DNA from: Bordetella parapertussis
Lineage (GTDB): Bacteria > Pseudomonadota > Gammaproteobacteria > Burkholderiales > SG8-39
Assembly: GCA_945885335.1 (NCBI GenBank)
Contig: CAMCYY010000001.1
Span: 1-43,276, forward strand
DNA length: 43,276 nucleotides
Reading direction: 5' to 3'
Shown: piece by piece, positions 26,443 through 35,517 of the stretch
How the letters are laid out: each line of letters starts with the position of its first letter
How positions within the stretch are numbered: position 1 is the stretch's first letter
Program-made: the position numbers and the translations under genes
The notes under the pieces: model-generated
What the model saw: the letters and a program-made list of their open reading frames with translations, nothing else
Database searches by the model: none
What the model was told of the DNA's origin: nothing

Positions 26443-27648
26443 CTACCAGCACGCCTCCAGCACGGCGCGCAGTTCATCCTGGTGATGCCTGAACTCCCGC
26501 TTCGGATCTGCATTGAAACTGGTGAGTGAATTCTGCAGCAGCGTGGCGGCGCTGGATTTCGGGATGCCCAGTTCGGTGAGATTTTTCGGCATGCCCAGGC
26601 GCGCGAATTCGGCGCCCAGCGACACGGCGATGCGCTCGGGGGCATCGGCCACCGGGTCGCCTTGCTTCCACACCTCCAGCGCCTCGGCGATGTTGCACAT
26701 GGCCTGCGGGTCGCGCGGCCCGAGCATGCGCACGAGTGTGGGCGTGATGGCGGCGCGGCTCTCGCCCTGGCCGGCGTCATCATGCATGTTGATGATGGCC
26801 GCCGACAGTGCATAGCCGAAGCGCCCCGCCCAGTTCGGCACGCGCGCACCGCCGTCGTCGCCTTCGCGGTTCTGCAGGAAGGTGGCCACGCACATGTCCA
26901 TGCGCGCGCCGATGTCGTCGCTGTCGAGGCGCCGGATGGCGTCGCGGATCAGGGTGAACATGCCGCGACGGTTGATGACCGAGAGCGGCGTGGCTTTCAC
27001 GTAGCCCATGTCCAAGGTGACGCGCCAATAGAGGGCCGCAGCACTGGTGCGCAGTTGCGAGGCGGGCATGGTGGCCAGCGCCTCGGGGTCCCAGTAGAGC
27101 GCCACCGGCCGGGTCTTGGGATCGAAGAACTCGATCCGCCTGCCCTGGTATTTCGCCGGCGAGCCGCCGCGGTTCTGCGCCGAGGTGGGATTCGTGAGCA
27201 CGTTGATGATGGGCAGCTTGGGCGCGAGCAGGCGCGCGCTGATGGCCGGGCCTTCCGCGGGGTACTGCGTGATCAGCGATTCGAGCGGACCGGATTCAGC
27301 CAGCAGGATGGCCACGATGCGTGCGCCCTGCACCACGCTGCCACCGCCCACGGCGATCAGCAGGTCGGCCTTGGCTTCGCGCGCGGCGTCGCGTGCCGCC
27401 TCGCAATCGGCCAGCGGCGTGTCCTTGCCCATTTCGTCGTACACCCCAACGAGCACATCGCCCAGCAGCTTGCGCAGATCGTTGATCAGCGGCGTCTTGC
27501 GCGACACCGAGCGCCCGCAGATGATGAAGGCGCGCCGTGCCTTCTGGCGCTTGATCTCGGCCGGCAAGCTGGCGAGCGCATTACGCCCGCTGTAGACGCG
27601 GGCCTTGAAGCTCTCGATGCGATAGTCGTAGGTGGTTTCGTATTGCAT
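26443..27648 (-). CDS. Iron-containing alcohol dehydrogenase-fold protein (divergent)
   Basis: 401 aa with AAGAGGA upstream, LLIAVGGGSVVQGARIVA (the GGGS nucleotide loop) and overall Fe-ADH/maleylacetate-reductase length. The canonical His ligands are not obvious by eye. Confidence 0.6.
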   Translation of the reverse strand: MQYETTYDYRIESFKARVYSGRNALASLPAEIKRQKARRAFIICGRSVSRKTPLINDLRKLLGDVLVGVYDEMGKDTPLADCEAARDAAREAKADLLIAVGGGSVVQGARIVAILLAESGPLESLITQYPAEGPAISARLLAPKLPIINVLTNPTSAQNRGGSPAKYQGRRIEFFDPKTRPVALYWDPEALATMPASQLRTSAAALYWRVTLDMGYVKATPLSVINRRGMFTLIRDAIRRLDSDDIGARMDMCVATFLQNREGDDGGARVPNWAGRFGYALSAAIINMHDDAGQGESRAAITPTLVRMLGPRDPQAMCNIAEALEVWKQGDPVADAPERIAVSLGAEFARLGMPKNLTELGIPKSSAATLLQNSLTSFNADPKREFRHHQDELRAVLEACW

Positions 27649-27664
27649 GGGAATCCTCTTTGTC

Positions 27665-27688
27665 GCTGTGTTGTCCGCTGTGTTGTCC
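27665..27688 (-). repeat. Perfect tandem 12-mer x2 in the 5' leader of the Fe-ADH-like gene
   Basis: GCTGTGTTGTCC GCTGTGTTGTCC. On the coding strand it reads GGACAACACAGC x2 and ends 16 nt upstream of the start codon. Confidence 0.8.
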
Positions 27689-27808
27689 GGCGGCCGGCCG
27701 GAAGGGGCGGCGCCCTCTGATCATCAATCTCGGCGGTGCTGACGGGCTCATCAGCGCCAATCCGAAACAATCTGGAATAGTCCGCCGCAGGATCGGGCGA
27801 AGCATCCG

Positions 27809-28798
27809 CTATTCAGCCAGTGTGATCCCCGAATCGTCGACCACCTTCTTCCACCGTGCCACTTCGGTGGAGATCAGCTGCTTGAACTGGGCCGGCGTGC
27901 TACCCACCGGGGTTGCGCTCTGCCCCTCCAGAACGCGGGCAATTTCAGGCGTCTTGACGACTTGCGCGAAGGCTTCGCTCAGCTTGTTGACGATGGCCGG
28001 CGGCGTTGCAGACGGCGCGAGAAACCCCATCCACGCGGTGTAGTCGTAGCCGGGCACGCCCATCTCCGCCACCGTCGGAATGTCCGGATACTGCTTGGCT
28101 CGCTGATGGCCGAGCACGGCCAGTATGCGTACCTTGCCCGATTGCAGCAGCGGCAGGGCCGCGGACATGATGCCTGATGAAATGTCCACGCGTCCGGACA
28201 TCAGTTCCTGCAGAGCCGGCCCCGTGCCCTTGAACGGAACGAAAGTCACCGTGGTGCCCGTCAGCGAGTGCAGCCACGCGCCCGCGAGGTGGCTGATTTC
28301 ACCGTTACCCGCGGTGGCATAGTTCACCTTGCCCGGATTGGCGCGGGCGTAGGCGATGTACTCGGCAAAGTTCTTCGGCGGGAATGTATTGCTGGCCATC
28401 AGCGCGGAGGTTCGCATGGCCATCAGCGATACCGGTGCCAGGTCCTTGACGATATTGAAGGGAAGATCCTTGTAGAAGGCCGGCACCACCGTCATGGCGG
28501 TGGTATGACCCAGCAGCGTGTAGCCATCAGGGGCGGCCTTCACCACATAGCCGATGCCGATGGTGGTGCCACCCCCGGCCTTGTAATCGACCACGAAGGG
28601 CTGGCCCAGGATCTTGCTCGCCACAGGCGCATACAGGCGCGACTCGATATCGACCGAGCCACCCGGTGCAAATGGACTAATGATAGTGATCGGCCGGGAA
28701 GGAAATGTCGCGGCCGACCCTTGCGCGCCGGCCCCGCCTGAAAACAAGGCAAGCACGACGGCGGACACCGTGAACATCGCGGAACTGAAATGCGGCAT
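27809..28798 (-). CDS. Bug/TctC family substrate-binding protein
   Basis: The start is ATG 28798 behind AAAGGAGAG. Signal peptide MPHFSSAMFTVSAVVLALFSGGAGAQG, then FPSRPITIISPFAPGGSVD. Confidence 0.88.
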   Translation of the reverse strand: MPHFSSAMFTVSAVVLALFSGGAGAQGSAATFPSRPITIISPFAPGGSVDIESRLYAPVASKILGQPFVVDYKAGGGTTIGIGYVVKAAPDGYTLLGHTTAMTVVPAFYKDLPFNIVKDLAPVSLMAMRTSALMASNTFPPKNFAEYIAYARANPGKVNYATAGNGEISHLAGAWLHSLTGTTVTFVPFKGTGPALQELMSGRVDISSGIMSAALPLLQSGKVRILAVLGHQRAKQYPDIPTVAEMGVPGYDYTAWMGFLAPSATPPAIVNKLSEAFAQVVKTPEIARVLEGQSATPVGSTPAQFKQLISTEVARWKKVVDDSGITLAE

Positions 28799-28959
28799 GG
28801 TCTTCTCTCCTTTGATCGGCTCAAGCTTTTTGGGAACTGAAGGCATCCGCCGTCTTGCAGTGTTCCCTGCAATGGGCCGGGTGATGCGCGCCGGATCGAA
28901 TCAACCGGCGACGGGGAAAGCATACTCCTGTCGACTAGTACCTTCGCCTGTGCGCCCCG

Positions 28960-29955
28960 CTATTGCAACTGCATGTCCTCGCGCACCTGCGCCGTCAGCT
29001 CGTACGAATGCAACCTTGCCTTGTGATCATAAATCGCCGCGGCGATGATGAGTTCATCCGCGCCGGTTTTCTCGATGAATTTCTCCAGGCCCGCTTTCAC
29101 GCTCGCGGGCGAGCCGACCACGGCGCCGGGCATGATGTCCTCGATGACGGCGCGCTCCATGGGGCCGAGATTCTTGTCGAAATCCGGGTCGGGCGGCGGC
29201 AGCTGGCCGCGGCGGCCGGTACGGTTGTTCAGCGTGGACTGCTGGCGCGAGGTGAACAGCAGCTTCGCCTCCTCGTCGGTGTCGGCGGCAATGACGTTGA
29301 TGCCAAGCATGGCATAGGGTTTTTGTAGCCACTCCGAGGGCTTGAACAGCTCGCGATACAGGCGCAGCGCCTCCATCATCTGCTGCGGCGCGAAGTGCGA
29401 GGCGAAGGCAAACGGAAAGCCGTTCACCGCCGCAAACTGCGCGCCCCAGGTCGATGAGCCGAGGATCCAGATCGGGATGTTCAGCCCGGCACCCGGCACC
29501 GCGACCACGCGCTGGCCGGGCTTCTCGGGCGCGAACCAGTGCAGCAACTCACCCACCTCATTCGGAAAATCTTCGCCCGTCATCGGCCCGCGGCGCAAGG
29601 CCTGCGAGGTGGCCTGATCGGAGCCCGGCGCGCGGCCGAGCCCGAGGTCGATGCGCCCGGGATGCAATGACTCCAGCGTGCCGAACTGTTCGGCGATCAA
29701 GAGCGGCGCGTGATTGGACAGCATGACGCCGCCTGCGCCGATACGGATGGTCTTCGTGCCGGCGCCGATGTGGGCGATGACGACCGAGGTGGCGGCACTG
29801 GCCACACCGACCAGCGAATGATGCTCGGCGATCCAGTAGCGCTGGTAGCCCCAGCGTTCGGCGTGCTGTGCGAGGTCGAGCGCGCTCTTGAAGGACTGGG
29901 CGGCGGTGCCGCCTTCAACGATGGGGCAGAGATCGAGGACGGAGAAGGGGATCAT
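28960..29955 (-). CDS. Luciferase-like (LLM class) flavin-dependent oxidoreductase
   Basis: 331 aa. [10 protein letters not shown]...G......AL......A...[11 protein letters not shown] is the typical YhbW/LLM N-terminus. Confidence 0.82.
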   Translation of the reverse strand: MIPFSVLDLCPIVEGGTAAQSFKSALDLAQHAERWGYQRYWIAEHHSLVGVASAATSVVIAHIGAGTKTIRIGAGGVMLSNHAPLLIAEQFGTLESLHPGRIDLGLGRAPGSDQATSQALRRGPMTGEDFPNEVGELLHWFAPEKPGQRVVAVPGAGLNIPIWILGSSTWGAQFAAVNGFPFAFASHFAPQQMMEALRLYRELFKPSEWLQKPYAMLGINVIAADTDEEAKLLFTSRQQSTLNNRTGRRGQLPPPDPDFDKNLGPMERAVIEDIMPGAVVGSPASVKAGLEKFIEKTGADELIIAAAIYDHKARLHSYELTAQVREDMQLQ

Positions 29956-29984
29956 GAGTTACACCTGAGTGATTTGAGGCTGGA

Positions 29985-30038
29985 AAATCCCCCCGCTTGC
30001 GCGCAGAGCGCGCCAGTCGGCCCCCTTTGACAAGGGGG
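29985..30038 (+). repeat. Family C element, copy C2
   Basis: AAATCCCCCCGCTTGCGCGCAGAGCGCGCCAGTCGGCCCCCTTTGACAAGGGGG. Confidence 0.85.
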
Positions 30039-30052
30039 TAAAAATCGGGGCA

Positions 30053-30844
30053 CTACCACTTGTTCCTCAGCTCGCGCAGCTTTACGAACACGGTCTTCGC
30101 GTCCGGTTGCTCGGGCAGGTCGGGGAATTTTTGGCGCAAGTTTGCGATGACACCGGGGCTGGTGAGGCGGAAGAAGGTGTTGAACTGCTTTTCTTCCCTG
30201 AGCGTGGTGATGATCGAGGTGGCGGGGTCGTGGTCCTTCACCTTGGGCAGCAGGGCTTTCGCAGCGGCGTTGTCCGGTTCGCGGTCCAAGGTGAAGTTCA
30301 GGTTGTTCTCGATGTAGTCGTGGCCGGGAAAGATCTGCGTGTCGTCGGGCAACTGGCTGAGCTGATCGGCGAACGTGGCGTACAGGTTTTCGGCATTGCC
30401 GCCGTTATGGCAATTGCCGGCACCGGCATTGAACAGAGTGTCGCCGCTGAACAGCGCCTTCATGTCGGTACGCGACTTGAGGCAGATGTGGCACATCGTG
30501 TGGCCGGGCGTGTCCATGCATTCGAGCTCGACATGTTTGCCCACCTTGATGACGTCGCCGGCCTTGACGCCGCGATCGACACCGGGGATTTTGGATGCCG
30601 CATTGTGATGCGCAATCACCTTCGCGCCGGTGGCGGCCACCACTGCGGCATTGCCGCCGGTGTGGTCATTGTGTTCGTGGGTGTTCAGGATCTGCGTGAT
30701 GTTCCAGCCTCGTGCCTTCGCCGCGGCGAGGCATTTCGCATGGTCCAACGGGTCAATCGCCAGCGCTTCGCCGGTGTCGGGGCAGGCGATCAGGTAGTTG
30801 AAGTTGCGGTAGGCGTTCGCAGTCCAGATGCGTTCGACGAGCAT
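30053..30844 (-). CDS. Hydroxyacylglutathione hydrolase (GloB)-like MBL-fold hydrolase
   Basis: The start is taken at ATG 30844 (AGAGGA upstream); the longer 383-aa ORF runs through repeats D2/C3. Motifs are THEHNDHTGG, TPGHT and a C-terminal NTFFR HAGH_C-type motif. Confidence 0.82.
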   Translation of the reverse strand: MLVERIWTANAYRNFNYLIACPDTGEALAIDPLDHAKCLAAAKARGWNITQILNTHEHNDHTGGNAAVVAATGAKVIAHHNAASKIPGVDRGVKAGDVIKVGKHVELECMDTPGHTMCHICLKSRTDMKALFSGDTLFNAGAGNCHNGGNAENLYATFADQLSQLPDDTQIFPGHDYIENNLNFTLDREPDNAAAKALLPKVKDHDPATSIITTLREEKQFNTFFRLTSPGVIANLRQKFPDLPEQPDAKTVFVKLRELRNKW

Positions 30845-30916
30845 GGTTAGGTCCTCTGCGGTGCTTGCTTCAATGCGGACATGATAACCGGCGCTATCGT
30901 TTTCCCCCTTGTTAAA

Positions 30917-30999
30917 GGGGTGAGACCGGGGTTGCGGGCAGCATGCTGCCCGCCGGTCGAACGGCGTTCCGATGCAGCGGAACGTGCGCCCTGCAAGGG
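30917..30999 (+). repeat. Family D structured element, copy D2
   Basis: GACCGG-ggtt-GCGGGCAGCATGCTGCCCGC-CCGGTC, then CGTTCC-gatgcagc-GGAACG, then GCGCCCTGCAAGGG. Confidence 0.85.
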
Positions 31000-31056
31000 C
31001 GGACGCGGCATTAGCCGCGCCGAGGGATTTTTCTTGGAAATTCTCACAACAAATGC

Positions 31057-31104
31057 AAATCCCCCCGCTGGCCTGCGGCCAGTCGGCCCCCTTTGACAAG
31101 GGGG
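31057..31104 (+). repeat. Family C element, copy C3
   Basis: AAATCCCCCCGCTGGCCTGCGGCCAGTCGGCCCCCTTTGACAAGGGGG. Confidence 0.85.
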
Positions 31105-31161
31105 TGAACCAGCGGGCTTGGGTACACTCGGGCTTCTCTGCAGTAATACAAGGAGCAACCC

Positions 31162-32271
31162 ATGGACGTTCGCGCAGCAGTGGCGCATCAGGCTGGCGCG
31201 CCACTGGCCATTGAGACGGTGCAGCTCGAGGGGCCGCGCTTTGGCGAGGTGCTGGTCGAGATCAAGGCCACCGGCATCTGCCACACCGACGAGTTCACGC
31301 GCTCGGGCGCGGACCCGGAGGGCATTTTCCCGGCCATCCTCGGGCATGAAGGGGCCGGCGTGGTGGTGGACATCGGGCCGGGCGTGACCAGCCTCAAAAA
31401 AGGCGACCACGTCATTCCGCTCTACACGCCCGAGTGTCGGCAGTGCGAGTACTGCCTCTCGGGCAAGACCAATCTTTGCCAGGCGATCCGCGTGACCCAG
31501 GGCCGCGGCGTGATGCCCGATGGCAGCAGCCGATTTTCGCTGGGCGGCAAGCCGCTGTTTCATTACATGGGCACCTCGACCTTCGCGAACTACACCGTGG
31601 TGCCGGAGATCGCGCTAGCGAAAATCCGCGCGGACGCGCCGTTCGACAAGGTCTGCTACATCGGCTGCGGCGTGACCACCGGCATCGGCGCGGTGATCAA
31701 CACGGCGAAGGTGGAACCGGGTGCCAACGTGGTGGTGTTCGGCCTGGGCGGCATCGGCCTGAACGTGGTGCAGGGCGCGCGCCTCGCCGGGGCAAACATG
31801 ATCGTCGGCGTGGACATGAACCCGTCGCGCAAGGCGCTGGCCGAAAAATTCGGCATGACGCATTTCGTCAATCCGAAGGAAGTCGAGGGCGACCTCGTGG
31901 CCTACCTTGTCAATCTGACCAAGGGCGGCGCGGATTACAGCTTCGAGTGCATCGGCAATGTGGACGTGATGCGCCAGGCGCTGGAGTGCTGCCACAAGGG
32001 CTGGGGCGTGGCGGTGATCATCGGCGTGGCGGGGGCCGGACAGGAGATCAAGACGCGCCCCTTCCAGCTCGTCACCGGGCGCGTGTGGAAGGGCACGGCC
32101 TTCGGCGGCGCCAAGGGAAGGCGCGACGTGCCAAAGATCGTGGACTGGTACATGGAGGGCAAGATCAACATCGACGACCTGATCACGCACACGCTGAAGC
32201 TGGAGGAGATCAACAAGGGCTTCGACCTGATGCACGAGGGCAAGTCGATACGATCAGTCGTTGTGTACTAA
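31162..32271 (+). CDS. frmA: S-(hydroxymethyl)glutathione dehydrogenase / class III alcohol dehydrogenase
   Basis: 369 aa with [30 protein letters not shown] and GLGGIGL motifs. It is collinear with class III ADH. Confidence 0.92.
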   Translation: MDVRAAVAHQAGAPLAIETVQLEGPRFGEVLVEIKATGICHTDEFTRSGADPEGIFPAILGHEGAGVVVDIGPGVTSLKKGDHVIPLYTPECRQCEYCLSGKTNLCQAIRVTQGRGVMPDGSSRFSLGGKPLFHYMGTSTFANYTVVPEIALAKIRADAPFDKVCYIGCGVTTGIGAVINTAKVEPGANVVVFGLGGIGLNVVQGARLAGANMIVGVDMNPSRKALAEKFGMTHFVNPKEVEGDLVAYLVNLTKGGADYSFECIGNVDVMRQALECCHKGWGVAVIIGVAGAGQEIKTRPFQLVTGRVWKGTAFGGAKGRRDVPKIVDWYMEGKINIDDLITHTLKLEEINKGFDLMHEGKSIRSVVVY

Positions 32272-32281
32272 GCTAAGGAAA

Positions 32282-32378
32282 CGCTGATCAAGTCCGGAGT
32301 TTCGGAAACCTGCGCTGCGCCCCCCCTGAAGTGGGGAATATACAAGGGGGCATGCCCCCTTGTTCAGTTATTCCCTAA
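32282..32378 (+). repeat. Family B 3'-flank element, copy B2
   Basis: It starts 10 nt after the frmA stop. CAAGGGGGCATGCCCCCTTG is followed by TTCAGTTATT, which is terminator-like. Confidence 0.85.
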
Positions 32379-32484
32379 GGCGTCCTTCCTGAACAAGGCA
32401 TTCAGGAATATCGAATGATTTAAACCGCAAAACCCAGCGGCGACGGGGATAATCGAACAATAAACAACAACAGGAGGAGTGATC

Positions 32485-33474
32485 ATGCGCTTCACAATGA
32501 CAACGCTGTACGCCGCCTTGCACGCCACAGTGCTGGCTGCCCTGACAGGCGCGGCCTTCGCGCAGGAATCCGCCGATGCATACCCCTCTCGCCCGGTGAC
32601 GGTGATCAACCCGCTCGCCCCTGGCGGTAGCGGCGATGTGGAAACGCGGCTCTACAACCAGAAGCTCACCGAAGCACTGGGCAAACCCTTCATCATCGAC
32701 TTCAAGCCGGGCGCCGGCACCACCCTGGGCACCGGCATGGTGGCAAAGGCCAAACCCGACGGCTACACGCTGCTGTCGGTATCGCCCAGCCTCACCATCG
32801 CACCCGCCTTCTACAAGGACCTGCCCTACGACGTGAATCGCGACCTGTCGCCGATTTCACAGATGAGCAAGCGCGCCACCATGGTGGTGGCGCATCCCGC
32901 GGTACCCTACAAGAACATGAAGGAGCTGGTCGCCTACATGAAGGCAAATCCGGGCGACCTGAACTGGGGCACCAACGGCCCGGGCAGCATTTCGCATCTG
33001 CTGGGTGAATGGCTGCAGACCCTCACCGGCACGAAGATGACCTTCGTGCACTACAAGGGCGTGGGCGGCCTCACCACCGACGTGCTGGGCGGGCGCATCG
33101 GCGCCACGGTGTTCACCTTCACCAGCGCCCTGCAACTGGTAAAAACCGACAAGCTGAAAATCCTCGGCATGAGCACCACCACGCGCTCACCCGCCATGCC
33201 CGATGTGCCCACCGTGCAGGAACAGGGCATCCGCGATTTCGAGTATCCGAGTTGGCTGGGCTATTTCGGCCCGCCCGGCATGGCGCCTGCGCTGGTGAAC
33301 AAGCTGAACGCCGAACTGGTGAAGGCCGCCAGATCACCGGATGTGGCGAAGACCATGGCGGCGGATTACACCACCCTGGTGGCCGGCAGCCCGGGAGATC
33401 TCAAAAAGCTGGTCGCCACTGAAACGGCGCGCTGGCAGAAGCTGGTGTCGCAGGCAGGAATCAAGCTGGAGTAG
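32485..33474 (+). CDS. Bug/TctC family substrate-binding protein
   Basis: ATG 32485 lies 7 nt after AGGAGG; the ORF track begins at GTG 32479. Signal peptide ending AFAQ, then YPSRPVTVINPLAPGGSGD. Confidence 0.88.
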   Translation: MRFTMTTLYAALHATVLAALTGAAFAQESADAYPSRPVTVINPLAPGGSGDVETRLYNQKLTEALGKPFIIDFKPGAGTTLGTGMVAKAKPDGYTLLSVSPSLTIAPAFYKDLPYDVNRDLSPISQMSKRATMVVAHPAVPYKNMKELVAYMKANPGDLNWGTNGPGSISHLLGEWLQTLTGTKMTFVHYKGVGGLTTDVLGGRIGATVFTFTSALQLVKTDKLKILGMSTTTRSPAMPDVPTVQEQGIRDFEYPSWLGYFGPPGMAPALVNKLNAELVKAARSPDVAKTMAADYTTLVAGSPGDLKKLVATETARWQKLVSQAGIKLE

Positions 33475-33535
33475 CAGGTCCTCCCGGCCGCTGGCACCGA
33501 GGCCTCAGGCCTCGTGCAAACTGACGCTCAAAAAT

Positions 33536-33625
33536 GTCATCCCGAAGCCCGAATCGAAGATGAGGGCTGAGGAATCTGCTTTGAAGTTGATTTAACAGCA
33601 GATTCCTCGCTGCGCTCGGAATGAC
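33536..33625 (-). repeat. Family A palindromic element, copy A2
   Basis: GTCATCCCGAAG...GAGGAATCTGC-loop-GCAGATTCCTCGCTGCGCTCGGAATGAC. It is the reverse complement of A1, at about 85% by eye. Confidence 0.85.
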
Positions 33626-33793
33626 AGATATTTGAATACAGCTCCCGAAAACCTTCCGCCGCCCTCCTTTCCCTCTATGGAGTCCGCGCTTGCACCCTAG
33701 AGCTTCGTAAGGTAAGGTTCGCGCCTTCCACGGCGTACCCACGCCCCTGCAAACTGGCACGCACATGCTGCTGCCCTACTTCCGGTTACTCCC

Positions 33794-35428
33794 TTGATCG
33801 TCACCTCCGGCATTTCCATACAGTTCGGCGCCAAGCCGTTATTTGAAGGCGTTTCCGTCAAGTTCGGCGGCGGCAACCGTTACGGCCTGATCGGCGCGAA
33901 CGGCTCGGGCAAATCCACGTTCATGAAAATCCTGGGCGGCGACCTCGAATCCAGCGCCGGGTCGATTGCCATCGACACCCACGAGCGCCTGGGCAAACTG
34001 CGCCAGGACCAGTTCGGCTATGAAGAGCAGCGTGTGCTCGACGTGGTGCTGCAGGGCCACGCCGAAATGTGGGCTGCGATGCACGAGCGCGATGCCATCT
34101 ACGCGAACGAAAACGCCAGCGAAGACGACTACATGAAGGCCGCGAACCTGGAGACGAAGTTCGCGGAATTCGGCGGCTACACCGCCGAGGCGCGCGCCGG
34201 CGAGCTGCTGCTCGGCCTGGGCGTGCCCATTGCGCAGCATAACGGTCCGATGAGCGAAGTGGCACCGGGCTGGAAGCTGCGCGTGCTGCTGGCGCAGGCG
34301 CTGTTCGGCGATCCGGACATCCTGCTGCTCGATGAGCCTACGAACAACCTGGACATCAACAGCATCCGCTGGCTGGAGGACATCCTCAACAGCCGCCAGA
34401 GCACCATCGTCATCATTTCACATGACCGCCACTTCCTGAACAGCGTGTGCACGCACATTGCCGACCTGGATTACGGCCAGCTGAAGGTGTATCCGGGCAA
34501 TTACGACGACTACATGCTGGCCTCAACGCAGGTGCAGGCGCAGAAGCTCTCCGCGAATGCCAAGGCGAAAGACAAGGTTGCCGAGCTGCAGGAATTCGTG
34601 CGGCGCTTTTCAGCGAACAAATCCAAGGCGCGCCAGGCCACCTCACGCGCGCGCCAGCTCGAGAAAATCAAGATCGAGGACATCAAGCCCTCCAGCCGCC
34701 AGTACCCGTGGATCCGTTTCGAGTTCGACGAAAAGGAAAAGCTGCACCGCCAGGCCGTCGAGTTGAAAAAGCTGACCAAGGGTTATGTGACGGGCAAGCC
34801 CATCATCAACGGCCTCGAAATGACCATCGCTGCCGGCGAGCGCGTCGCCATCATCGGCCCGAACGGCGTGGGCAAGACCACGCTGCTGCGTTCATTGCTG
34901 CCCGCTGAAAAGGGCGGCCTCGCCCCCGATCACGGCGAAGCGAAGTGGCCGGAGAAGGCGCAGATCGGCTATGGCGCGCAGGACCACGCGGCGGATTTCC
35001 CCACCGACATGTCGCTGGCTGACTGGATCACGCAATGGAGGAAGCCCGGCGATGACGACCAGGTGGTGCGCTCCACGCTGGGCCGCCTGTTGTTCTCGGG
35101 CGATGACATCAAGAAATCCGTGAAGGTGATCTCCGGCGGCGAAGAGCAGCGCATGGTGTTCGGCAAGCTGATGCTGCAGATGCATAACGTGCTGCTGCTC
35201 GATGAGCCGACGAACCACCTCGACATGGAATCCATCGAATCGCTCAACACCGGCCTGGACAAATTCAAGGGCACGCTGATTTTCGTGTCGCATGACCGCG
35301 AATTCGTGTCATCGCTGGCCACGCGCATCATCGAACTGAAGCCTGCCGAGAAGGAAGGCGACCCGGCGATCGTGTTGGACTATCAGGGCAATTACGAGGA
35401 CTACCTCACGAGCCAGGGCGTGGTTTGA
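33794..35428 (+). CDS. ybiT: ABC-F family ATPase, YbiT ortholog
   Basis: 544 aa with a TTG start. Two ABC cassettes are present (GANGSGKST / [11 protein letters not shown] and GPNGVGKTT / [11 protein letters not shown]). The N-terminus is collinear with E. coli YbiT as I recall it ([29 protein letters not shown]). Confidence 0.9.
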   Translation: MIVTSGISIQFGAKPLFEGVSVKFGGGNRYGLIGANGSGKSTFMKILGGDLESSAGSIAIDTHERLGKLRQDQFGYEEQRVLDVVLQGHAEMWAAMHERDAIYANENASEDDYMKAANLETKFAEFGGYTAEARAGELLLGLGVPIAQHNGPMSEVAPGWKLRVLLAQALFGDPDILLLDEPTNNLDINSIRWLEDILNSRQSTIVIISHDRHFLNSVCTHIADLDYGQLKVYPGNYDDYMLASTQVQAQKLSANAKAKDKVAELQEFVRRFSANKSKARQATSRARQLEKIKIEDIKPSSRQYPWIRFEFDEKEKLHRQAVELKKLTKGYVTGKPIINGLEMTIAAGERVAIIGPNGVGKTTLLRSLLPAEKGGLAPDHGEAKWPEKAQIGYGAQDHAADFPTDMSLADWITQWRKPGDDDQVVRSTLGRLLFSGDDIKKSVKVISGGEEQRMVFGKLMLQMHNVLLLDEPTNHLDMESIESLNTGLDKFKGTLIFVSHDREFVSSLATRIIELKPAEKEGDPAIVLDYQGNYEDYLTSQGVV

Positions 35429-35517
35429 GGCATGATATCAATTGAATTCCTAATGCTTGTTTTTTTGGCGACCAGAAATTCAAATTGATCACAATTAATC
35501 CCGGCTGAACACCCCGT

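Noticed and set aside
30845-31204. An N-terminal extension giving a 383-aa version of the GloB-like ORF.
   Set aside because: The extension is translated entirely from repeats D2 and C3 (for example PLSKGADWPQASGG). ATG 30844 has an AGAGGA SD and yields the normal ~260-aa glyoxalase II length.
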